From Candidatus Latescibacterota bacterium (GTDB lineage Bacteria > Latescibacterota > UBA2968), in the NCBI GenBank assembly GCA_965204375.1, contig OZ241986.1, positions 5,696,001 through 5,760,000 of the forward strand: a stretch of DNA of 64,000 nt. The letters run 5' to 3'. Shown here one piece after another: positions 45,579 to 54,196 of this stretch. The position numbers and the translations under genes are program-made. Under the pieces are notes generated by a model. That model did not search any database and was not told the DNA's origin. It saw only the letters and a list, made by a program, of their open reading frames with translations. Positions within the stretch are counted from its first letter, which is position 1, and every line of letters starts with the position of its first letter.

Positions 45579-46342
45579 GCGTCACCTCCACGCCAGATGG
45601 CTTCAAAATTGTGCTGTGGTTGAAATCCTCGCAACTGAGATCCACTAATTTTGCCGACCAGATATTTTGGATTTGGAATGTCTGCACAAATGTGGTGGAG
45701 GGCAAATCGCCTGTTCCATTTCAATTCGGACTGTGCATCTCGATTGAGAGATAGTCGAAATGCCTGCGCGGCATCGCGATAATCGACCCACATGAGGTCT
45801 GATTCTTCTGCGGAAGCGTCTTTTTCTGCTATTAGCTTGCCCAATCGCAACACGGTGACGGCTACGGGAAAATCGCGCGCAAATTCGCGCGCTGTCATTT
45901 CGCCGAGGTAGCGCGTGAGCTGAAATTTGTCCGTTGATGGCATGGGTCGCCACATTTCGCTGATATATACATCATCGGGATAGGCTTCGAATATTTGGAG
46001 CGTGCTTCCATATACGAATCGCTTTATACCGGCTTCTATTCCGGCTTTGAATAAGACATGGGTGCCCCGCGTTGCCAGATCCAGCAGTTCTTGTTCGCTG
46101 GCGAGGTCGTCCTCGGGCAGATTGGGTGGTGGCTCACCTGTGTGGATAATAGCCTGCATGTTTCGCACGGCACGCCACGCTACGTCCGGGTCGCGCATGT
46201 CGCCTTCAAAATAGGTGATGTTTTCATCCTGTTCAGAAGGCGGGTCGCCCGTTCCCCAGAGTCGCAACTGGTTACTCGGTGCCAATTCTCTGGCGATGGC
46301 CTGTCCCAAACGGCTCTCGGCTCCTGTTATCAGTACATTCAT
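45575..46342 (-). CDS. NAD-dependent epimerase/dehydratase-like protein
   Basis: 'LITGAESRLG'. The YxxxK position reads FQLTR. Confidence 0.8.
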   Translation of the reverse strand: MNVLITGAESRLGQAIARELAPSNQLRLWGTGDPPSEQDENITYFEGDMRDPDVAWRAVRNMQAIIHTGEPPPNLPEDDLASEQELLDLATRGTHVLFKAGIEAGIKRFVYGSTLQIFEAYPDDVYISEMWRPMPSTDKFQLTRYLGEMTAREFARDFPVAVTVLRLGKLIAEKDASAEESDLMWVDYRDAAQAFRLSLNRDAQSELKWNRRFALHHICADIPNPKYLVGKISGSQLRGFQPQHNFEAIWRGGDA

Positions 46343-47049
46343 AATTTGTCCTCCAGATCAGATTCCCATCCAAATTGCTGGCATAAGCGCTGAATTGGTC
46401 CGGGGATTGGCGCGGAGATTTCGGTCCATGTTCCCGATGTGGGATGTGCAAAACCGATGCGGGTAGCCATCAGCAATAATCGGTCAATTTCAAAATGGGA
46501 TTGAAAAAAGCGATTGTGATGGCGGTCGCCATAGCGCACATCGCCGATGATTGGGTGGCGCAGATGCGCACAGTGGCGGCGGATCTGATGTTGCCGACCT
46601 GTTACTGGCATTGCGCGCATGAGCGAATACCGCGCGGTTTCATATCGCCCTACGGGGTATGGTAGTTCAACAGTGCCCTTGCAGTGGAAATCGGTGATGG
46701 CTTCGACGGGTGACGATGTGTTGGGCGGGCAATAAGCGTGGTTTATCCGCCCTTTGTCTGGCAAGTATCCGCGCACTACGGATAGGTATTCTTTTTTTAT
46801 ATGTCGCGCTGAAAATGCTGCACCCAATATGCGTGCGATTTCAGGGCGAAGTGCGAATAGCACAACGCCCGATGTCCCGCGGTCCAGGCGGTGAACCGGA
46901 TAAACCCATTGTCCGAGTTGATTTCGCAATACGGGCATGCAACACATGGCTGACCGGTCCAGGTGGGTCTGGTGTACAAACCAGCCACAGGGTTTTTGAA
47001 TGGCGACCAGATCGTCGTCGCGATACAGGATGTCCAGCTTCAAAACCAA
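46339..47049 (-). CDS. truC: RluA-family pseudouridine synthase, TruC-like
   Basis: 'VHRLDRGTSG', 'TGRQHQIRRH..HLRHPIIGD', 'RYETARYSL'. Confidence 0.75.
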   Translation of the reverse strand: MVLKLDILYRDDDLVAIQKPCGWFVHQTHLDRSAMCCMPVLRNQLGQWVYPVHRLDRGTSGVVLFALRPEIARILGAAFSARHIKKEYLSVVRGYLPDKGRINHAYCPPNTSSPVEAITDFHCKGTVELPYPVGRYETARYSLMRAMPVTGRQHQIRRHCAHLRHPIIGDVRYGDRHHNRFFQSHFEIDRLLLMATRIGFAHPTSGTWTEISAPIPGPIQRLCQQFGWESDLEDKL

Positions 47050-47055
47050 TTCTCG

Positions 47056-47754
47056 CTACTTGATCTCGAGCAATTCCAATTCGAATATAAGCGTTGAATT
47101 GGGACTAATTTGTCCTGCTTGCCGCGCGCCGTAGGCCAGATAGGATGGGATATAGAGTTCCCATTTCGATCCCGCGGGCATGAGTTGCAGGGCTTCTGTC
47201 CAGCCGGGAATGAGTTGATTGACGCGAAATTGCGCTGGTTCTCCGCGGCTGTAAGAACTGTCAAATTCCGTGCCGTCGAGCAATGTTCCGCGATAATGGC
47301 ATACTACTGAGTCGGTTTTTTTGGGTTTCGCTCCGTCGCTGGCTTTGATCACTTTGTATTGCAAGCCGCTGTCCAATGTCACCACGCCTTCTTTTTTCAT
47401 GTTTTCCGCGAGGAAAGCCTCGCCAGCTTTTTTGTTTTCTGCTGCCATTTTGTTTTTCTCCGCAAGTTGTTGTGCCCTTTGTTCTTCCTGTATCTCGATT
47501 AGAGTTTTTAGTGCTTCGTCTGAGGAAAGCAGGGGGGATTCTCCGCTATAACCATCTTTGAATCCCTGTACAAATACATCCAGATCAATTGCCATGCCCT
47601 GCTGCTTTTTTAGTTGATCGGACAGATTTAAGCCGAGTGCATAACTCAGCTTGTGTTGCTTGTCCTCGAGGTTGACTTCTACAAATTCGGGTTTTTCCTG
47701 AGTCTGGCAACCCAATAAGCCAGCGGCAATGCATACGGCAAAAAGACGCTTCAT
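47056..47754 (-). CDS. FKBP-type peptidyl-prolyl isomerase (FkpA/Mip-like), probable lipoprotein
   Basis: Lipobox LLGC, 'SYALG', 'SGLQY', 'FDSSY.RG', 'PNSTLIFELEL'. Confidence 0.95.
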   Translation of the reverse strand: MKRLFAVCIAAGLLGCQTQEKPEFVEVNLEDKQHKLSYALGLNLSDQLKKQQGMAIDLDVFVQGFKDGYSGESPLLSSDEALKTLIEIQEEQRAQQLAEKNKMAAENKKAGEAFLAENMKKEGVVTLDSGLQYKVIKASDGAKPKKTDSVVCHYRGTLLDGTEFDSSYSRGEPAQFRVNQLIPGWTEALQLMPAGSKWELYIPSYLAYGARQAGQISPNSTLIFELELLEIK

Positions 47755-47828
47755 AGTGTCTCCTGAATAATAGGTAAACGTCCACCTGCGAGGTCTGTCC
47801 CGGCAGGTCTGTGCGGGACGTGTACAGA

Positions 47829-49352
47829 CTAAGTAGCCTGAAATCGCGTTTTTACTTCTGATAGCACAATATCTGGAATATCCTCTGTGCGTTCAACTGC
47901 ATAAACGCAGATGTGATCCGCATCAGCAGCCCGCTGGCGAAATCGTTGGGCATCCCGGTTTTGCGCTACATGAACAGCGGTTACCCGGTTTTCTTTTTGG
48001 ATCAGGAATTGCATCAGCGCATCGAGGTTGGTGATCTGCATGTCTGTTATGAGAAAAATATCCACATGATTTTTGAGGAGAGGTTCCAAATCGGGCAGAT
48101 GCAATGCTGTTCCACCACCGAAGTAGCGACACAGTGCGAAAAATACGCGTTTGCGATCTCTTGAGAAATCCAGCACTTCTTTCCCGCTGGCCTGTGCATC
48201 GCTAAAATTGTAAACGGCCACGCGCTTGCCCCGTCGCAAATACGCATCGGCCGCGCATCCGGCACCTAAGACGGCGTGGGATATTTCTCGACACGGATCG
48301 ACCATACTGCCGGAGGAATCGACAATGACCACACAATCGGGTATGCCATCGCCATCGCCGTGGGTTTCGCCATCTCGCCAGTTCCACATCTGGGAAATGC
48401 CCGGCATGACGCGCCCAAAACTCGTCCACACGTCGATGTGCTGAACGGGTTTGCCAATTTCCCAGGGCGAATGAGAATGCGGATGTAATCCGCCCACTTT
48501 TTCCAGGGGCATGGTTTGTACGGGCAGGCGAAATGCGGATGCGCGCGCCATGTAAAACAAGAGGTCGGCATCCGAGGGCGTGCCTTTGCCCCGGCCCATA
48601 TCGGGCATCATATTGGCGTCTTGTAGCTCGTCGGCAAAATCGCGCACCATTTCTCGAAAGGCGTAAAATCCCTGCTCGGCAAATTGCGCCATTCCCTCCG
48701 CGAGTTCGCCTGCGGAATACTGCTGGGTATCGCCCATCATGCCACCCTGTCCATTCCCATCGTCCATTTCTTTTTGGATCAATGGGGCAATCACCTGTGC
48801 AAATGATCGAAGGGTATCGCCCCACTGCGAGGCGTCCAGATAGGGTATGCGGGCGAGCCGATCTACTTCCCCGCGATCTTCTACGCCCAAGTTTTCTCCC
48901 CAGAGGCGCTGGTACAATGCCCGAATTACGTCTGTCACTTCACTCGATTCGGCGTGGCGATATACTTCGGGCAATTTCGATTCGCGCTCGCGCACGGCAT
49001 GGGTATCGACCACTACGTCCGAGAAATATTCGACTACTTGTTTGACCAATGTCCCATCTAATAACACGGGTTTGAGCGCGGCATACAGCTTTAAGTGCGT
49101 CTCAAAATCCCAGGGACAAACGGTGTGATGCCCCACGCCGTGATCCAGTAGTGCCGAGGTGGCGTCTTCTATGTCCATTACTTGCGCGAGGGCGGTTAGT
49201 CGATTGGCATTCAATTGGATTACTTTATCTGTCATTTGAATGCTCGCGGCTTCGTCGCCTGTTTCGATTACTTCTGGCGTCGGCAATTCGGGAAATAGAT
49301 GGCGCTTGCGAACAGCGGGCCAGACGCGCTGGATGATGTCGTTGAAGTTCAT
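47829..49352 (-). CDS. VWA-domain protein with N-terminal degenerate zincin-like region
   Basis: MIDAS 'VDSSGSM', 'GGT', 'ITD'; N-terminal 'DHGVGHH.VCP'. Confidence 0.8.
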   Translation of the reverse strand: MNFNDIIQRVWPAVRKRHLFPELPTPEVIETGDEAASIQMTDKVIQLNANRLTALAQVMDIEDATSALLDHGVGHHTVCPWDFETHLKLYAALKPVLLDGTLVKQVVEYFSDVVVDTHAVRERESKLPEVYRHAESSEVTDVIRALYQRLWGENLGVEDRGEVDRLARIPYLDASQWGDTLRSFAQVIAPLIQKEMDDGNGQGGMMGDTQQYSAGELAEGMAQFAEQGFYAFREMVRDFADELQDANMMPDMGRGKGTPSDADLLFYMARASAFRLPVQTMPLEKVGGLHPHSHSPWEIGKPVQHIDVWTSFGRVMPGISQMWNWRDGETHGDGDGIPDCVVIVDSSGSMVDPCREISHAVLGAGCAADAYLRRGKRVAVYNFSDAQASGKEVLDFSRDRKRVFFALCRYFGGGTALHLPDLEPLLKNHVDIFLITDMQITNLDALMQFLIQKENRVTAVHVAQNRDAQRFRQRAADADHICVYAVERTEDIPDIVLSEVKTRFQAT

Positions 49353-49353
49353 G

Positions 49354-49381
49354 GTCAGTTGCCAGTTGTCAGTTGTCAGTT
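49354..49381. repeat. 4x heptamer tandem repeat G(T/C)CAGTT
   Basis: gtcagtt gccagtt gtcagtt gtcagtt, directly upstream of the VWA start codon. Confidence 0.85.
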
Positions 49382-49406
49382 CCCTGCTCCCGGTCCCTCT
49401 ATTATT

Positions 49407-50207
49407 TTATCTGCGTACATCTGCGTCATCTGCGGATGTTTTTGTCCCTCTGAGCATTTGGTCGCGGTGATAAATCGCGCCGCCCTCGGCATTGCCCACA
49501 CCTCCCAGGCGTCCATTGATGTGGATTTCACCAGCTTGCATTTGTTCGCCGATGTATTTGCCGGCGTCTCCCGAGACTTCAATCCGTCCACCAACCATAC
49601 CTGCGCCCAGATAGTGGCGGACATTTCCCTCGACCTTCAGGCAGCCTCCCATGAGCGAAATGCCCGTGAGGTCGCCCAGGTCGCCCACAATGGTGAGTGT
49701 GATGTCTTTGCGAAGGCGGTATCCCATGAGAGATAGGCGCAAGTCGTGACCTGTGAGATCGAGATGGATTTCCTCTTGGGACGATGCGTTGCAAAAGGCC
49801 GATAAGAACAAGCCCAGGGGTTCCATAACAAAAAAAGCCGCGTCATTACTTTGCAGGGCGTGCGCGCAAAACGCTTCGATATCGGTCATTTCCCAATCGA
49901 TTTGTCCCACGATCTGCGATGCCGCAGCATAGGTCGATTCAATGGTTTTGCGATCGGCTTGCCAGAGTCCCTCGCCGACGCATTCGTCGATCAGTGAGCG
50001 ATAAGCTGCTGTTAACCGATCCATTGTCTCGGTGTGAGATGCGAGAATTTCATCCATGGGCAGGGCGCGCTTTTTGCGCGTATCTTCGACGAATTCGGCG
50101 AAGGGATTGCGCTTTGCGGATAGTAAGCCGTTGACGCGCTCTGCGCTTTCAGGGTTCAAATCGGATGGTGCAATTCGGTCAAATTCTCGAAATGGATTTT
50201 GTCGCAT
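49407..50207 (-). CDS. Protein with C-terminal GXGXG (FwdC/FmdC/GltB-C-like) beta-helix
   Basis: Repeats of 'V.G..G...G..M.GG.I'; RBS AGGAG. Confidence 0.8.
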   Translation of the reverse strand: MRQNPFREFDRIAPSDLNPESAERVNGLLSAKRNPFAEFVEDTRKKRALPMDEILASHTETMDRLTAAYRSLIDECVGEGLWQADRKTIESTYAAASQIVGQIDWEMTDIEAFCAHALQSNDAAFFVMEPLGLFLSAFCNASSQEEIHLDLTGHDLRLSLMGYRLRKDITLTIVGDLGDLTGISLMGGCLKVEGNVRHYLGAGMVGGRIEVSGDAGKYIGEQMQAGEIHINGRLGGVGNAEGGAIYHRDQMLRGTKTSADDADVRR

Positions 50208-50222
50208 GTCTGGCTCCTGGAA

Positions 50223-51545
50223 TTACGAAAATTCTGGACGCACAGGCTCTTGGCCCAGATCGCGCATAATTTCCATGTAAATGGGGTGTTCGCCCTGAAT
50301 GGGTTTCTCGTCGGCACCATTCAAGATGTGGTTGGCAGTCATTAGAGCTGTTTGGATGCGTTCGCTTTGCTCGGTATAGCGCCGAAAGACTTGCCGCACT
50401 GCTTCTCGCGCTCTGTGAATGGGCAATACATCATCTCGGTGGTCTTGCGTTTCTTCTTCATCTCGCCATTGAATGCGGTGAGCACAGGTGTATGGCAATA
50501 TCGTGCGGATATGTTCGATATGTACTTCTTTGTCGCGCAGCACCCAGGCGAGTGCCTGTGCGTAGCGCCGGATGGAGATGGGCAGGCGATTGGACGGGCA
50601 TGTTTGTACTTCATAACACAGGTAGCCCGTGTAATGACAGCCTTCGCCACAGACTTCATTTGTGCGTTTTTGTCCGTATTTGCAGCAGAAAGACAATTCG
50701 GCCAAAAAGGTTCGAACATAGGCACTGGCATCGGCCTGGAAAGGCAATGCGCTCATTTCACTGCGAATGGTTTCGCGTTCAGTTCTCCCCAGGGTTGGTA
50801 CGGACAAACGCTCAGAGATCGCTTTTCCATAATCCTCGCAAATCGCTTCTATCTCTGCTTCGGCGTTGGAGTTGACCAGACAGGCCTGGAGTGCTTGCTC
50901 GCGTTGGGGATCTCGCAGGAGATGTGCAGGAGAGGATTCGGTGCCGATCATCCAGGACAAATTCGCGCCCGGATATTTGGATTCCACCATTACGTCAAAG
51001 CGATCCAAAAGGGGGACAACGATGGTATTTGTTCCGCGGTCCTGATAGTTGGCCGTTGCGAACAAACAGTATTCATCGTTGATTTGCATCTGGTTCAGGT
51101 AGGACCAGTTGCCGCGATCCACGCCATTGAGGATCAGGCTCTGCTTGGTTTCCGGCAGGCGGTTGATTTCATCTACGACTTTGACGGGTAGGACGGAAAA
51201 TGCCGACCACACCACATCTTCTTCGCCGCGGTTGAGTGCGCCGAGGTTTGGGCGTCCGACAATTTTTTCTTCGGTCTGTTCGGGATGTCCACTTACTTCG
51301 GCTTCCCACACAGCCCCCAATGGCATGCGGTATAATAGCGCGCCAATATACTCTGCCGATGTTGTTTTGCCCAGGCCGGGTTCGCCTACGATCAGAATTT
51401 TGCCACCTAATAATCCCGTTAGCGCACTGAGCAACAAAGCGGCATTGTGTTTTTGTCCTTCTATCTCCAGGTCTGCCCGGTTAAAATACAACCGATCCTG
51501 GATAAAGGTCAAAATATCGCGTACTGTTTTCTGTAAGTCGGCCAT
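50223..51545 (-). CDS. MoxR-family AAA+ ATPase
   Basis: Walker A GEPGLGKTT, Walker B VVDEINR, 'FATAN', 'LLDRF'; Cys-rich insert. Confidence 0.88.
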   Translation of the reverse strand: MADLQKTVRDILTFIQDRLYFNRADLEIEGQKHNAALLLSALTGLLGGKILIVGEPGLGKTTSAEYIGALLYRMPLGAVWEAEVSGHPEQTEEKIVGRPNLGALNRGEEDVVWSAFSVLPVKVVDEINRLPETKQSLILNGVDRGNWSYLNQMQINDEYCLFATANYQDRGTNTIVVPLLDRFDVMVESKYPGANLSWMIGTESSPAHLLRDPQREQALQACLVNSNAEAEIEAICEDYGKAISERLSVPTLGRTERETIRSEMSALPFQADASAYVRTFLAELSFCCKYGQKRTNEVCGEGCHYTGYLCYEVQTCPSNRLPISIRRYAQALAWVLRDKEVHIEHIRTILPYTCAHRIQWRDEEETQDHRDDVLPIHRAREAVRQVFRRYTEQSERIQTALMTANHILNGADEKPIQGEHPIYMEIMRDLGQEPVRPEFS

Positions 51546-51602
51546 GTTTGTTACTCGCGTACGGTAACGAATCAACGATAGCAGTTGGGTGGTTGGGCGG
51601 GG

Positions 51603-51632
51603 TTCGTCTATTCGTCTATTCGTCTATTCGTC
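51603..51632. repeat. 8-mer tandem repeat (TTCGTCTA)x3.75
   Basis: Seen directly. It supplies the stop codon of the permease gene. Confidence 0.85.
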
Positions 51633-52440
51633 CAGCAGAGCGTCGGCGTAGCCATTCGACGGTGAGCAGTAGCAACACGGCAAAGGCGATCAGGAATGTT
51701 GCGACGGCGAGGATGGTCGGGCTGATTTGCTCGCGGATGCCCGCCCACATCTGGCGCGGGATGGTGCGTTGTTCTATGCCGCCCATAAAAAGGACGACAA
51801 CGACTTCGTCGAAAGATGTTGCAAACGCGAAGAGCGCGCCAGAAATAACGCCCGGTGCGATTAGCGGCAGTTGTACTCTGCGGAACGTGAGGATCGGTGA
51901 GGCACCAAGGCTTGCGGCAGCGCGCGTCAGGTTTGTATCAAAGGCGGATAGGGTAGCGGTTACGGTGATTACGACAAATGGCGTGCCCAGTGCGGCGTGG
52001 GATAGGATCAATCCGATGTGGGTCTGTGCGAGGCCCAGGGTTGAGTAAAAAAAGAACATGCCCGCCGCGGAGATGATTACCGGCGTGACCATCGGCGAGA
52101 TCAAGAGTGCCATTGCAAAGCGGCGACCGGGCATGGCGGGGCTGGATAGCCCCAGTGCGGCGAGTGTGCCCAGCGCGGTTGCCAGTGCGGTGGAAGCGAT
52201 GCCGATGATCAGGCTGTTGACCAGCCCGCGTGTCCACAGTTCGTTTTCGATGATCTGTCGATACCAGCGCAGGGAATACGCTTCGGCGTCCAGGTGCAGC
52301 ATGCCTTCGGTGAAGGTGAAGTAGGGTTCGGCGTTGAAGCTCAGGGGTACGATCACCAGAATTGGCGCGATCAGGAACGCGAAGATCAGGGTACAGGAGG
52401 CCAGGTACGCGACCCGGCCAATGTGTTGTGTCGAGATCAT
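51616..52440 (-). CDS. Polyamine/opine-type ABC transporter permease (PotC-like)
   Basis: 'AAASLGA' loop, 'FATSFDEV'. Confidence 0.92.
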   Translation of the reverse strand: MISTQHIGRVAYLASCTLIFAFLIAPILVIVPLSFNAEPYFTFTEGMLHLDAEAYSLRWYRQIIENELWTRGLVNSLIIGIASTALATALGTLAALGLSSPAMPGRRFAMALLISPMVTPVIISAAGMFFFYSTLGLAQTHIGLILSHAALGTPFVVITVTATLSAFDTNLTRAAASLGASPILTFRRVQLPLIAPGVISGALFAFATSFDEVVVVLFMGGIEQRTIPRQMWAGIREQISPTILAVATFLIAFAVLLLLTVEWLRRRSAGRIDE

Positions 52441-52441
52441 G

Positions 52442-53656
52442 TTAGCCCAATTTCATGCGGTCAATGCCGACTATGCGGTCGTAGAGCAGATAGAGCGCGA
52501 TTACGCATACCAGCAAGATGCCGCCAAGTGCCCCAGCCAGGCTCCAGTTTAGAGAGGTCTGCATGTGGTAGGCGATCATGTTGGAGATGAGTTGTCCGGT
52601 GCTGCCGCCTACCAGCGCGGGGGTGATGTAGTAGCCTATGGCGAGGATGAATACCAGCAGTGATCCGGCACCTACGCCTGGCAGGGTCTGCGGCCAGTAC
52701 ACGCGCCAAAATGCCTGAAAGGCACTCGCCCCCAGCGACGCGGCAGCACTCATCTGGCTCGGGGGGATGGCGCGCATGATGGAGTATAAGGGCAGGATCA
52801 TAAAGGGCAGGAGTACATGGGTCATTGCCACCAGTGTGCCAGTCATGTTGTAGATCATGGCGAGGCGGCCGTCGTCGCCGATCAGCCCAATTGTGACGAG
52901 TAAGTCGTTGATTACGCCCTGGGTCTGGAGCAGTACGATCCAGGATGTGGTTCTCACGAGGAGCGATGTCCAGAAGGGCACGAGTACGAGGATGAGGAGC
53001 AGGTTTGCAATGCGCGGAGGCGAATGCGCGATCAGGTGGGCGATGGGATAGCCGAGCAGCAGACAGATCGCGGTGATGCTCAGGCTGACGACAAAGGTGC
53101 GCCACAAGAGGGACAGATAGATGCGGCGCTCTGGGGGCTGGCGCGCGATGGAACTGTCGGGCAGGGGTTGCAGGTCGAGAGCATTGAGGTAGTGCCGCGC
53201 GGTGAAACGGTCCCCGGCACTGCGGATCGCGTGCCAGGTTTGCACATCGCCCCAGGCGGGATTGAGGCCGATCATGGCATCGCGATAGGGACCTTCGCGG
53301 ACGTTTTGCAAATTTCTCGCGCTGCGCGTGAAAACACTGCGCAGGCCCGGATGCACGCGGTTGACGCGGGTGGCGACCCGACCCAGCGAGCGATCTGTGC
53401 GTGCTTTTAATAGTTCGCGCGCAGCCGCTGCATACACTGCTTCATCGGGCGCGCTCTTTCCGTCCCACTCTCTCAGCAGGTCGAGGGTTTCAGGCAGGGC
53501 ATTGGCGACTGTGGGATCGTACACACTGTGTACGAGCATTGTCGCCAACGGCGCGATAAAGGTGACGCCAATAAATGCCAGTAGCGGCAACACCAGTCCC
53601 GTCGCACGCAGCCGCGGGCGGAGGGTGTTGGTTTTGATGTCTGTGTTAGAGTTCAT
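52442..53656 (-). CDS. Polyamine/opine-type ABC transporter permease (PotB-like)
   Basis: 'PFWTSLLVRT', 'LLPFMILPLY', 'AAASLGA', 'GYYITPALVGG'. Confidence 0.92.
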   Translation of the reverse strand: MNSNTDIKTNTLRPRLRATGLVLPLLAFIGVTFIAPLATMLVHSVYDPTVANALPETLDLLREWDGKSAPDEAVYAAAARELLKARTDRSLGRVATRVNRVHPGLRSVFTRSARNLQNVREGPYRDAMIGLNPAWGDVQTWHAIRSAGDRFTARHYLNALDLQPLPDSSIARQPPERRIYLSLLWRTFVVSLSITAICLLLGYPIAHLIAHSPPRIANLLLILVLVPFWTSLLVRTTSWIVLLQTQGVINDLLVTIGLIGDDGRLAMIYNMTGTLVAMTHVLLPFMILPLYSIMRAIPPSQMSAAASLGASAFQAFWRVYWPQTLPGVGAGSLLVFILAIGYYITPALVGGSTGQLISNMIAYHMQTSLNWSLAGALGGILLVCVIALYLLYDRIVGIDRMKLG

Positions 53657-53704
53657 AGGTTAGTTTCGAGTTCGCGGCAAAACTCGTGACACTGTTGCGA
53701 GTTT

Positions 53705-53881
53705 TTATCGGCAAGTGCCATGCTTCGTCGCGTTGATATAGTCTCGCATCATGGCTTTACCGGTGTCCACATCGTCAGCATGTATGCACCGGATGGCCTC
53801 TTTTATCAATTCCTCTCGAAAGACCGGGTCGCGCTGAACGCGGACCTTTATCGTCTCTTTGAAATCACATGTAAGTGCCAT
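53705..53881 (-). pseudogene. Truncated addiction-module antidote (58 aa, HTH lost)
   Basis: Reads MALTCDFKETIKVRVQRDPVFREEL...DTGKAMMRDYINAT and then stops prematurely. Resembles the 'MALTRDFKET...RDYINAT' antidote family. Not in the ORF track. Confidence 0.75.
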
Positions 53882-53889
53882 ATCTCTCT

Positions 53890-53928
53890 GTGGCCTTTTT
53901 CATCAATGTATGCCTGAATTTCAATCAT
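53890..53928 (-). pseudogene. N-terminal remnant of a RelE/ParE-type addiction-module toxin
   Basis: MIEIQAYIDEKGH (compare 'MIE...Y.D..G.SPF..W') is joined directly to the antidote RBS. Confidence 0.6.
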
Positions 53929-53984
53929 GCAAGCCTCACTCTTCGCCCTGTTGGATGAGGAGTTTGAGGTCTGCAGGTGTGATT

Positions 53985-54076
53985 ATAGCGGTACACCATA
54001 TTGTCTCGCCTCATCTGTACGCTTTTGTGCTCTGCTCCGAGGGGATGAATCCGATAGCGGTACACCGTATTGTCTC
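53985..54076. repeat. 23-bp direct repeat, 2 copies 46 bp apart
   Basis: ATAGCGGTACACC(A/G)TATTGTCTC at 53985-54007 and 54054-54076. Confidence 0.85.
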
Positions 54077-54196
54077 AGCGTCAACTCGAACTTGTCCTCA
54101 GCACGCTGTTGAGGCAGTATATCCTTAGCCTCCTCATTTATTACAACGCTGACTTCCATACTGATCCAGTAAGTCAATCATGCGGCGGTAATCCTC

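Noticed and set aside
49407-50207. Genuine formylmethanofuran dehydrogenase subunit C or glutamate synthase
   Set aside because: Only a short GXGXG repeat region is present, with an unrelated N-terminus and no fwdABD or gltBD neighbours.
53985-54076. Repeat-spacer-repeat as a mini CRISPR array
   Set aside because: Only two 23-bp copies, no leader or cas genes, and both copies lie in the same reading frame of an ORF fragment.
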